Assembly (NCBI GenBank): GCA_946965045.2
Contig: OX337233.1
Coordinates: forward strand, 3,224,001 to 3,288,000
Reading direction: 5' to 3'
DNA length: 64,000 nt
Source of the DNA: Epithemia pelagica
Taxonomy: Eukaryota; Protista; Bacillariophyta
Part shown: positions 48,739-61,100 of the stretch, one piece after another
Numbering within the stretch: the stretch's first letter is position 1
Layout of the letters: every line of letters begins with the position of its first letter
Notes under the pieces: model-generated
The model's input: the letters and a program-made list of their open reading frames with translations, nothing else
Databases searched by the model: none
Told to the model about the DNA's origin: nothing
Translations under genes and position numbers: made by a program

Positions 48739-49451
48739 TGTCGTCGTATCTTTTCAAAGATTTTGCAGATTGTGAGGACGACGTACGACTTAGGTTCGCC
48801 TCGCAGCACAAAAAACACGACTAAAAGGTCATAGATTCAGAGTTTATGCGACCGAAAGGTCATCGAGAGACTGGTAGGCGAGCACAAACCAGCCCAAGAC
48901 ACCTCACTAACATCTTCACACGGAACTCTAGAGGTGGTTGTGTGTCAATCTCGATGGCAACAATGGAACGAACAAACCCTTGTGAACTTCCTAGGTAGCC
49001 GCGTTGCGGAGAATGGATTTTCGCATGTTCGATTTTGTTCTTGTTTGCATGTATGCTTGTATGGAGTACTCCATCCATCTGGTGAATCCACAATACTAGC
49101 TAGGAAGGATCTTGATTCCCTGGGCAGTGCCACTGGCCGCTTCGGTCGGTCCTTCTGGATTGCCTCCTGCACTGGATTGCCCCTGTAGAACTTTCCCTCT
49201 TGAGAGAAGAAAGATGGGTCCTGTCTGGTGTACGATGCGTTTAGAGGGACTCTGTTGTTGTGGCATTGTCAAGTTCATTGCAACAATACCATGTAGTTCC
49301 TCCGTGCTACGAGACAAACACTACGAGTCCATGGTTCATCAACTCCAAACTCTACAACACTCAAGTGTGGGTAGATGACAGAAAACCGGAATAGATTTCT
49401 AGAGGTTAAAGTTCAAAAACTTCTTTTGGGATTCAAAATTACACACAAGAT

Positions 49452-50440
49452 TCAATGGGTCGAAAACTCATGCGAGGAGAACTCTTGTTCCTCGTCCTCG
49501 TCTTCTTCACTCAGCACGGTTGACGTCAAGGGGACATTGTCGGGTCGATTGTAAAAGTCACTGACATGATCCCATTCAGCCGGTGCTTGTTTGTTCAACA
49601 GAAGACTCTTTTTGTTGCCGTTGCAAGGTTCCTCCAATTGGAGTTGCATGACGACATGTTCCAAAGTGTCGGGACGAGGAGGAGCATCTTGGTTGCCAAG
49701 TGAGGGTGGTGGTGTCACAAGAATGGACAAGGAGGACCGTCGTGTGTGTTTCATGGTGCCATTGCCACTCTCTTCTTCTTCTTGCTGTGGTTGTTTCGGT
49801 TGTTTTCCAGTCGAGGATGGTGGTGGACAACAGCACAAGGGCAAGGTGGGTAGATGGATGGGTTCCATACAGGGCCGACGATGATAAAGAGACGCGGGGT
49901 GTGCATGGTACGAGTCGTGACTCGAGCGTTCCGAAGAAGAGGGCGCCGAACATTCGGCCGTGGCCGCGGCTACTGCCCACGCCTTCCAATCTTCTTCACT
50001 GGAAACGACATGACACTGACAACTCCGTCGTGGTTGATTGCACGTCACACACTTGTGGCCGCTCGAAGTCGTCCGTGATGAAATCGTCTTCGGCTCTTGT
50101 GGTGGTGGTGGTGTCCGGCGAATGGTGGTGACGAAAGGGTACTTTCCGGGACTGGCGGTGGTGGTACTGATGATGTCTTCACATGTCGGGAGGAGGTTGC
50201 GGGGAGTTTGGATGTGGTGGTGGTAGTGATGGTGATGGTAGTATCCACTGGATGTATTTTTCGTTTGGACGATTGGCGTTGATGTCTTCGACGCGATGGG
50301 CGTTTGTTCAAGGCATGACGCTCCACTCCTTCCGACTTTTGTGGTTGTTGTTCTGGCGCAGGAGTTCGACTTCTCATGACCCGTGTCGTTGTAGCAGGAG
50401 GAGAGGAGAGATTTGGAAACGTGTTTTTTATTGTGGTTGC
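49452..50440 (-). CDS. Hypothetical protein; 5' exon uncertain
   Basis: The frame of ORF 49452-50048 stays open upstream to ~50440 (YYHHHHYHHH, KCVTCNQPRRSCQC); needs an upstream exon, possibly from ATG ~50577. Confidence 0.45.
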
Positions 50441-50900
50441 TGGATTATTCGTCTGAGTTCAGTATGAACGGGACGGGTGGGCCGGAAGGCTTGGGGTCTG
50501 GGGTGGGAATTTCCAGAAAAACCAGCTGTTCCGAAAACGGACGGACACCAGAGTAAAAAGTACAATTGAGCAAACATGGCGGTTGATGAAACGGTTAAAT
50601 ATATATGGCAATGATATAGCAATGCAATACGAGCAGTAGGTGCTTGGTTTTTCCTGGCAACGCGTGCCTGGAACTCCCAATTTCCATGCCCGCGCACCAT
50701 TTTCTAACCCCGCGCGCAAATTTGTCCTTAAATGTCATTGCCACCAAGACAAAGGCAACAATAAGTAAAATGTCATACCGACACCCATTCTTCTTGACCG
50801 GTAATGGAATTTCCCTTCATTGGATTCCCACCGACAATCACTCTAGAGGTGCCATCTTTGACAAGAACGACTCATTGAATGAAGAGAGAAGAGGACGACC

Positions 50901-52433
50901 ATGTCTACCTATGAGAAGACTGTGTGTCTGAACCAGGACCCCCACTATGATCGATTCCTAAAGGACTCGCTTCGTATGGGGTCCTTTGTCGTCATCAAGC
51001 ACGAAGGGAAAGAACACATCGCCCGTCTTGAATGTCGACAGATCGATATAGATGACGACAACCCCGATGAGTACGAGACCACCATCCGTCTCCGTCTGTT
51101 CCATCCACTTTTCAACCGGAATAAAATCGAGTGTAAGAAACCAAAACCACCCAAACATTCATTCGCACCTATCTTCTCAGGCCCAGGTGCCCAACAAGCT
51201 GAGCTCTACGAATCGTCGGATCGTTTGTGGATTTCTACCTCGAACAAAAATGACAACCCGAAGATTCTTTTCCCCGCCTTTGTTTTCACTGTTGACGAAT
51301 TTTCCCTCCCTAAGAACGCTTGGGCCATTGGTTTGCATAATGTGTTTGTTGTTCGCACGTGGGAGATGATCGATTACGAACATCGTTCTTGCCGCAAAAT
51401 CAAGTCCTTGGTTCCTCTACCTTCGATTGCTGCCCTCGGCTTCCCCAACGACCACCCAGATTACAAGAAGTCAACCAGAAGCGTCGTCCCTCAACGCTGT
51501 TTACACGAGTCCTTGTGGAACGGTTTGTATGCTTTGAAGAAGGGACTCAACAAGTGTCTTAATAAACGAACTGGCCAGTCGAACGACAAAGAGGTTGTCA
51601 GCTTAAACGTCGGTCATGTTCCTTTGGAGACAATCCAGTACATTTCGTTGATTTCGAATTACCTTGCAACTGTCCCTTCTCACACTATTACCCTTTCTGA
51701 TTCTTTTTTGCACTTGGACCAGACACTTCGTCGGTCCAAGGTGAAAATTTCATTCAACGCTGGAGTTATTCGGTTCAAGACGCCGTGAGAACTCGACATT
51801 CTCCGGTTGATCCTTGGACCAGGATCGACGTATGGTTTTTCCGAAAGGCGACCTACTTTGGCCGATGGTAAAGACGGCGTCCCTCTTACTGCAGGATTCA
51901 ACATGGCCGTGGTTGGGTCTTCTTCCGAGGAAAAGAAAGAACACGAAGACGATGCTCCACAGCGTCCATTCAAGAGACGTACCATGGAGCCACGTGTCGA
52001 CTTCACCTTCTCACCGTACAACGTCAGGTTGACCGTCGGCTACCAGCGATACGTGTATTCCTTGAAGAATGATGGTCGATTGGAGACGATGCCGCCTTGT
52101 CCCAATCTGACACGGCTACTCCAAGGCAGCGCTTCTGTGGCGCCAATGTTCACTTCGGAATCGGAAAGCGACACGGATGACGAAGAGTCGACCCTTGATA
52201 CTACAACGATGGAATATGCCATCTCCAAGATCAAAGTGGGAGCGCAATTTCTCCACAACGACGAGTCCGTGATGGAGGTTAAAGATATTTACAACGACAA
52301 TGGAGAAACTTACTTCGATTGCAGCTGTGTCGCTGGTGCTGCATTCAAAACCACTGAGTCTATGGAAAACCAGTGGAAATGGGCACGTGTTGATGCCGTT
52401 GATCTCTGGAATGACATTCAAAGCTTTGCCTAA
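50901..52433 (+). CDS. Putative transposon accessory protein with N-terminal BAH-like domain; one in-frame TGA at 51786-51788
   Basis: ORFs 50901-51788 and 51807-52433 share a frame (FKTP*ELDILRLILG). N-terminus GSFVVIK..HIARL...LRLFHP...ELYESSDRLWI...ILFPAFV resembles BAH. Confidence 0.55.
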
Positions 52434-52480
52434 TCATTCCCTTTTATTAGTAATCGTAGTTTGCGACCAACTTTCATTCT

Positions 52481-55400
52481 TTATGAGTTTCCTACTACTA
52501 TAGTTTCCTCACCAACCTCGTCTACCTCATCATCATCATCCTCCTCGTCATAATAATCCTCGAACAATGTTGATCCGTGAACAATCGTTCCCTCTGTCGA
52601 AGGAACAGTCCCTGGATCATAGAATTCCCATTCACCGAGTTCAGCATCATCCTCCAAATCTGTTTCGTCCAAAGCACATGCTGCAACCCTTTGGCAGAAC
52701 TCCATTGTCCCTCCATTGTCAATCACCCAGTTCTTCCGACTGGACCTAATACTACAGTTGTTCCGCTTGTTACCCTCCGTAATAGCTTTCCACGAATAGC
52801 CACTTAGGAACACCATACGTCGTTGGAGCCATCGTGCCATTGGTTCTAGACGAGTCTGTCGCCCTTTCCCCTTGTTGACACTTCCACCCCTTTGGGTCCT
52901 ATGGAAATAGAAAGTTTTAAAGAGCGAGTTAAAAGCTGAAAGGAGGGTGAGGAATCAAGAAACAAAGGATTCTAGACAAGAGGGTTCACGACCTCACACC
53001 AACCAACTTACCTTCCCACCCCTGCTGTGCATGGGATGACAAGTTTTTCCAATGCAACAAGTACTCATGCACATGGCCGCTACCTATCAGGTGAGCGTAG
53101 TTTGTTACTCCATGCTCACCATTGAGTTTCACCCAGTCTGCGAAGAAAAAGTCGGCAAAGCGTTGGTAGTTCTTGATTTCTTCATCAGTCAAGTCACCTT
53201 TCTGCCTGAGAATCAGCATGGACTGTTGATAATTGTCCACACACTTGGACCATGTGCGTCTGTCTTCCTCTGAAGCGATGCAGATGTTGATTAATTTATC
53301 AAACTTGGGGATGAGTTTACGGATACGGACGTTGTCCATCGTGATCGGACTGATCTCTCGTTTAGACTCCTTGTACGGTACCTTCCAGTGCGTGGGGAAG
53401 TCGATGGAACCCAACAGGTGATGAGACATTGCCTCATTGACCATCTGAATGAACTTGTTGCATCGATCCGTGACGTTGTTACGTTTGTCCTTTGGTAGAG
53501 CTTCCAAAACATGAGACAGTTCCTTGTTCGTAGCACTCTGCAGTCCTTTCCTTAAACACATGGTCAGTATTTTGAGACCCATCCTTTTCTCCATATGTGG
53601 GATACATGGGACAGTATCCAGTAGGTAAACCAGTGCTGTCGAATGCATCGAACCCTTGAAGTCGTCGATTAGCTTTTTGGATTGGTAGTACTCCCACTCT
53701 CTGACGTGCGACGACTTCAATCGACGTTGGCGTTCTTCAATCGAACCACGCAGGTCCAGCTTCCGGACGAACAGGTCATTTGTCAGGCTACGTGCGTATT
53801 CTTGTCGCTGGGGTTGAGATGCCTTCGCCAAGTCGAAATGGATGCATTGAAGATCCGTCCTTTGTTGCTCCGAAGGTACGTTCCGAGGGTCAATCTTCAT
53901 CGTTAGTTTCGAATCGGCCCATATCCGGTTCAGATTCTTCTGGATGATGGGCATATCTTTTTGAAACTGTCTCATTTCGTTCTCCAATGTAGAAAGATGG
54001 GTTTTCGTACACATGGTATGGTGATAACACTTCCAATTAGTCCGTTTGTGATGACCCAAGTGCTTACACAAAGTACAGGACGGTTCGTCTTCGATCTTGG
54101 GCAAGTGCAACCGACCACTTTGTACAGCGCATTTCGAGCAGGAAAATTTGGCTTGCTGGGCTGCTCCTCCTCTCCCAAGGAGTTTCCATTCGCAAGACAT
54201 GTCACAATTAGTACATATGCGTAATGGCCACACTCCAAATTTCGTGGGAACTACAGTCATTGCCGCTTCACGGACCTCATGGATCATATTCCTAAAAACG
54301 GAACGAACCAAGCCTTTACTCTCCGGACGGCAAACACATACAATTGGAAAAACACCATTCCTTGACTGTGCCAATGGATGAGTTGGGTCGTTGAACTTCA
54401 ACCCACCCAAGGTATGGCTTAAGTTTTTGGTGAATAACGCACCGTCAAGACTCTGTGCCAGGCGGATTGGTCGCCACCTTGCGTCTCCATGCAGACAACT
54501 ACTAGCTAGGAGCATCGTTGCCATGACATCCGCGGCCCGAAACGTGAACCCCTCAGAGCCATCGTTCTTGTTTCGCATTAGTTTGTATGGACATAAGTAG
54601 CTGCCAAATTTTTCAACCGCATTGGCGCATTCTTGTAGGGCAGAGGTGCTTGGGAGAAGTGTTCTTACATGGGCAATGCCGTTGTTTTCTACTGAACGTA
54701 AGACTTCTATTCCGCTGAAGTTTAATCTTCCTCCCATGATGTCCATCTTCTTGAGTATGTTATACGGCGTAAACACATACTCACGCACGTACTGTCTGAA
54801 TACACTGTAAGTAGACTCAAACAGCAATCCACTATGGATTGTTTTGTCGATGCACAATTGAGCAACGTCCCGAAAAAACTCACCCGCTGCCCGACTTGTC
54901 GCTTCCATGTTTTGAGTTCTCGACTCAAGGACATAGCGAATGTGATCGACGAGTCTCTTTCTATCTTTGGCATAGTATGCTGACCGAGGTAACTTCTCTC
55001 CAGTTTGTTCAAAGTCCTTGCGTTTCCAATAGCGAAGTTCCTCATTTTTGTTCTTCAGTTTCCGTCTTGTTTCTTCCAAATCTGTTTTGTATTGCTCTAT
55101 TGACTTGAGGAGATCAGTAACCTGGGACGAGAGAGACGATGTCTTGTCTTCGTGAGCTCTGAGAATCGCGTCAAGGGATGGCTCGTTTGGTCTTTCGCCG
55201 TCACTTAAACCGGCCTGGCTTGATTGTTGACTATTGATTTGTTCAGTGTCGTCAGTCGAGTTGTCATTTTGGATGTCGAGAGGTTCTATGCTATCAAGTT
55301 TGTCCAGCTTGTCGTCTTGAGGATCAGGCCATGGAGGTAGGTCATCAAGGCTTTCATCATCTGAACAATCCTCTGACAAGTTATCTTCATTGCTTTCTTC

Positions 55401-56284
55401 AGGAAAGGGTTCCGAACAATCTGAAAGGTTACGAAAAGGTATATTTTCTATGTCATTAACTGTCTCTCGAATAAGCTGGGCTTGATAGTCGGGCGGATTA
55501 CTATCTTCCTGTTCGGCAAACATGATATCTTCGAGTGATTCGGGTTCTGTTTCTTTCTGCATGGTTTTGGCTGGAGGAGAGGGGGGGGGGGGGGGGGGGC
55601 AACCGGTTGGTCTTCAATGGGGACACAGAAAAGGCTGGATGGAGGAGCTTCAGGCAAATGCTTCGACTTATCGTTCAAATGTGTTGGACGATACCAGTTT
55701 GTATGATTGGCTGTACACCGGTATCGGCCACCTTCGGCCAGTCTATTGATGACGCGTGAAGATCCTGGGGTTTCCTCGTCATCTGCTTTCTTGCAACGGC
55801 TGCACAAGAAATGAGCAGGATACTTTGTCTCGCGATCACGCCCATATACAAAGCATGGTACGTATTCCAGTTCACTGCAGTCCATGATGATTCGGGCTAT
55901 GCGTGCTCGTTCTACAGAGTTTGATTCGCAGGGAGTGTTCGACTCGTCTCTCTTTTGACGTGTCTGTTGGTTCGGGGAAGGAAGGAGATTCATATTTTCG
56001 TTTGCCCACTCACGTATTTCAGCTTTTTCTTTGTCTTTTGCGGCGTCGATGAGACGAGCCGATTTTCTGGTTGGTTTGGTTGGTTCTTCATGTTGTGGTG
56101 GGGCCAACTTGGTAGGGGAATCGACGCGATTACCATCATCTGCGGTGTGGGAGTGTATGGATGCCGTTTCTTCCTTGCTGGGTGTAACAATGAGCCGTTG
56201 AGCTTTTGGTTTTGGTGGGCGGCGGTTGGGTGGGCATGATGTCGATGCAGCCCTCCTGCGTTTCTTCTGCGTAAGGCGGGGCAT
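52481..56284 (-). mobile_element. RAG1/Transib-like DDE transposase gene (~1,240 aa); frameshift at G19 (55581-55599), intron 52936-53011
   Basis: In RAG1 order: LLPSTSAL, FRAADVMATML, QSLDG (D1), SRNGVFPIVCVCRPES, NCD (D2)...FSCSKC, PHMEKR, TNYAHLIGSGH, QQGWE/AFNSLFK (E). The GTAAGT...TTTCAG intron joins to ORF 52481-52840. Confidence 0.78.
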
Positions 56285-56601
56285 GGGAGACGTTCACTGA
56301 CTTCAGACAAATTCAAATAAGAACTTGGACTGCTACTTATGTACAAAAAGCTCTCGTAGTTGCTCTGGTTCTTGGTAACAGAGGTGCCATTGAGACAATA
56401 CCTTGGAGGCAGTTCTTCATAAAGTTGAACATTCAGGTGAACGTAATTGACGATTAAACAGCGACTACATATTTATATGCTCTTAGTGTATGTATATATT
56501 TTAAACTCTGGGCACGCTATGCGCGCTCTGAGAGAGGGGAAATCGATGAGATGAAGTGAAATTCCAATGATCGGTTTTGTGTAGCCTGTAACTCAGTCAA
56601 T

Positions 56602-56690
56602 TTTCAATGAATTTGTCATCGGATACTTCAGTGCAATAGATCAGTTCTTCATCTATTGCACTGAAGTATTCGATGACAGTTCCATTGAAA
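56602..56690. other. Long hairpin (28-bp core stem, 9-nt loop)
   Basis: 56614-56641 pairs with 56651-56678 with one G-T pair; 56602-56609 pairs with 56683-56690. Confidence 0.9.
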
Positions 56691-56868
56691 TTTGGGTCGT
56701 CGGGGTCGTGCACAAAATTGTGAGTCGTTTAAGGAGAATTTTGGGCTCTTATATTTAACAAAAATTAGGCAATACTTTATTTCAGAGTAAAGGGGGGGGT
56801 TTCTGATGCGACATTTGGAAATTTTGGGGTCGTCTTGCGCGCACAACATGCACCTACTGCTCGTATTG

Positions 56869-56935
56869 TTCGCTGTTTTCTGGCCCCCCGAAGGAAGGGG
56901 AGCCCCCCACACACACATCCACAAAAACGCGCCAC
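56869..56935 (+). repeat. 67-bp dispersed repeat, copy 2
   Basis: Identical to 34756-34822. Confidence 0.95.
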
Positions 56936-58157
56936 TCCTACCTAGATGCGCCTCTAGGAGCCACAACCCTCCGATTGCGGGGGTACCTCCCGTCTGCTGT
57001 CCATACGGTTATTCTCAAATTTTCCTAAAAAATGTTAAAATTATTTCTGGCAAATTTCTTTCGATTTAGCACATTATTATAACGTCCAAGCCAACTGTAA
57101 TAACTGGCTTCGCCCTATTGTGTAGCCGCTTCCGCTCATGCATGACCGTGAGCCGTGAGACTTGACGAGACATGGACAAAGAAATCTACAAGCCCATTTT
57201 GTACTCAATAGTCTATTGTTTCAGAAGCGAGTACTCTTTACGCAGTAGTGGATCTAGCTTCACGGAATCATCACACACGCACACCAAACCATGAAATACA
57301 CACACATGGTGCATGCACCTCTAGAGGAGTATCAAAACAAGCTCCTGGCACTTTGTCTATGGGAAAGATAAAAGCATAGTCCTCTACTAATTTAGGCTTC
57401 CTGCTTCCTGGGCTTACATGATGACGCTGTCAACCAGTGCACTGGTTGATTGTTCATTGCACTAGTGGATTGTGATGTTTCATGTTGTCATCCTTCCTTT
57501 GATGCATTCCACCTTCACTTGTGATCTAGGTGGATGGTTTTGACCATAGAGTTGTCACTTTGGTCGTTCGTCCGGCTGGGTGGTTTTCTTTTGGTTTTTG
57601 GTGTGCTCACTGCTCATGGTCGTCTTTTGTGGTGTTGCTCGAAAAGTGAGACGATTCTTGGCCCCATGTGCCAGCAATACAAGGCGTGACCGGCGCGTCG
57701 ATTTCGAACGACTGAAGGGAGGCTGGCGATATCACCCGGCTGGTGCTTTGGGAAAAAATACGAGACAATTTTTTTCCATTCGGATGACGGACGAACAAAG
57801 GTACCCCCCAATCGCACCCAATCTGGCAACACCATGTTTTGCACCAGTCACTCCGATCTACTCCCCGGCTCCAATGGCACAGTTCATCACTGCCACGGAC
57901 ACAGCCCCACTCCTTTGCGAACTCACCGCTTAGGAGTCCCACTTTACCATAGACAGTAACATACTAAAAAGGAAGTACCCCCAAGCATGGGGTGAGTCCA
58001 ATCACGCGTGATTGAATGCACTTCGTGCATTTGTCTACTCACCCCCACGGCTCGACCTGGTCTCTCTCGACTCTGATACAAAATTCCGAAAACCACATGC
58101 AACACACCCTCATTCATCACGGTGGTGGAGGTGCGGTGGTCCAGAACATCTTCTATA

Positions 58158-61100
58158 ATGTCGTCTTCCTCCCACAAACGGCACCGTCTCACTCAGAAGG
58201 AAGTAAGGGAGCTATTTGACGCTCGCAGTGTTTCCGAAAGGTCGACGGCGTCTGATAACAACCAAGATGAAAGCATCGCCAAAAATCAAACCACCACCCC
58301 ATCCACCAGCAACAGAAATCCTCCGTCTCTGCCTCGTTTCGCTTCCTTTCCCATGGTCAATCCGCAAGACTATGAAACCCCTTTGGCGCAGAAGGATCCA
58401 CCAGCCCCTCAAAGTCGATCCTCGGAGCAATCCGAGCAATCCGAACCATCAACATTTCTGAGCCTTGAAGCAGCAAGTTCCATGTCGACCATTCCATCAG
58501 AAGCATCCTCTACTCGCTTCGTGCGACGTCCTTCCCCTGACACCTTCTCCCAGGCCTTTCCCATTGCGGCTGTTAATGCTGGTATTACTCCCAATGAAAC
58601 GTTTCCTCGTCCAACAACCATGGGTCTATCCTCGGTATCGTTCAACTTGCTACATCGTCGTGATTCTTTTGGTCATGTCCAATTTGGTACTCAGTCGTCC
58701 CCTCCGAAAAGCATGATCCTCAACAAGTCTCCCAATGATGCACTTTGTCGCAATACGGCAGCTCTTCTGAATACCAATGATCAAGCATCAGATGACCGTA
58801 CCACAACTGGCATTCGCGAAAGCCAGTATACCACGGCTACTGCCATTCTACAATCCGACGAAGCGTCCCCTCAATCCGCAGAACCGTCCACAGCGAATCC
58901 ACCACCAGCAGATACTGACCCGAATGCCCCCGCTCCAACCTTTCAACTGACTCGCCATGGTGCTGTGCATCAGCGTATTCAAGCTTTCCCCAACTTGAAG
59001 CTCAAGGTCAAAAAGGTAACCGAAGGGGCCTTCTTGCTTCACCTTCGGCGGCACCCCCCTTTACCATGCGCTAATCCTGGCGATGCTCCAACGCGGAATG
59101 CACCATTGATCATAGTTTCTCCCACCGCTGATCCAAAACAACCGTTGACACTGACGTCAAACTTTTGTTCCCAATTAATGAGACGGAGCAGAAACTATAC
59201 GCACGGTGTAATGCGATCGACCAATGGAACCAACAAACAGCAACGATATCAAAGCAAGACAAAGAAACGCAAACAAGCAGATGCTGATTCCACAGAAACC
59301 TCAACGACAACGTCCAATTCTGCAAGTTCATCTTCCCAGGCAACCAACAATACAACACAGAGTCGTCTAGAATTTGTCTCGTCATTTGGCTTACGGACAC
59401 TCCTTATTGAGGACGTCTGGTTTCTTCCAGAAGGTAAACCAGTTGTTCTATTTTTCAATGACGACCTTCTTCCACCAAGGTATGGCAAGCGTTGGCTCAA
59501 GGTGTGGCGAGACACCTCCCAATGTCTACATTTACCAACGGTTTTTTGCCTCGGCAAAGAATTCAAGCAACTATGTGGCTGGGTTTTACGGAATGGCGAC
59601 ACCGAGCATGTAACGGGTGCATATTTATTATACAAAGACATTGTTCATTCCTTGAAGGAGTCCACCCAGCGTTCAATACACCTAAAGCTTCCAATATTTT
59701 CGTCAGACGAGTCATGCAGCATCATTTCTCCTCCCGAACAGTGTCTTGAACAACACCTGTCGTGGTTTGAGTTGTTCTCGTACCCACAGGCTATTTTTCT
59801 TCAGGCCAATTATCACAACGAGCGCAACTGGAATGACGTGTTCAAGCAACTGAAAGACGACGGGGACGATAGATTGACCCTCTTCCATCGTCTTGTCCAA
59901 GAGACGCATGGAGATCGTTCTGCCATGTCTGATTTGAGACATATTTGGTTTCGGTTCCAAACGAAAATTCATTCGGAAAAGTACAGGCTCGAATGGGAAG
60001 ACAAGCTGCAGAAGGCCGTCGAAGAGGCTAGCCAGCAACCAAAAGTGCCTCCACCCCTTATCCAAGTCGACGTGATTGACAAGTTTTGTAAACTTATGGA
60101 CGAACGTATTCTCGAGCGTCTCGAAGATTGCTTTGGACGCTTTAACAATATTTTCGAGAAAATACTCTCAGAACACGAGCTCCGTCGGCTTGCGACAGAC
60201 TTGGAGGAGATGCTACCCAACCAATTCAATGCATTAATGTCGTTCAATGGGTATACAAAAAGAATCGAACAGGCTCCAATCAAAGAGCGTCAATTTCTTC
60301 GACACCGCCTGTCCCTGGAAGTCTTATTCCAGTTTGTCATTCGCGCAAGGAAGCACAATAACCACTTACTTGTGCCCTTCGGAATGATATTCGCGTTGGC
60401 CCAATATGGCTGTGGACATTCTGCTTTGGCAACACAACTTCCTATCTGGGTTGGTCTATCGGTTTCCAAAAGAACCATGGAGCGTCGCATAGAAGAATGG
60501 GTCGAATCCTACGATCAAAAGGTGAAAAGGGCTTTGAGGAACGTTACAAATTTGCTATGCGTCTTTGACAATTTGCAACAAGGGCGTTTGTTGCAATTCC
60601 AGCAAGGACAAAGCTCTATTTTTACAAAAGTGACAGCTCGCTTTGTCATGAGCATGTATATTGTCAAGTTCCCCGAGTGGGTGTACACATATTTGGAGCG
60701 ACCGCAATTGACCTACATAGAACAAGCCATTCCCTCGCCGTATGGAATGCCGGTATTTGAATTGACGACTACTTCGACATTGCTCGACACTCTTGCATCA
60801 CTCTATCATGGAACCTACGTCACGGATGTAGCGCAGCATGGCAACCCTTTCGACTGCTCCAGAAGTCGCGTCCGAAGTTATATGCAAATGCTCGGCTGGT
60901 GTCGTGCACTGCAGGGTATCAAACGTTACTTGTCTACGAAACGTCGCCCCGGCTTCTCCGTTGACTACACTCTGCAGCCAGCACAGTTTGCTGAAAGTAA
61001 GGTGAGGGCTAAGATTACTGCGGCCATGAATGGTCTGAGAAAGAAGAGGGACACGAATATCTTTGCCATATCTCGCCAGTTAGCAATCAAGGCGGTTCAT

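Noticed and set aside
50901-52433. Calling the convergent partner RAG2
   Set aside because: No kelch (GG..Y..W) repeats or PHD Cys/His pattern visible.
56578-57129. TGTGTAGCC direct repeat as a 9-bp TSD around an insertion
   Set aside because: The enclosed ends show no inverted repeat; a 9-bp match alone is weak.
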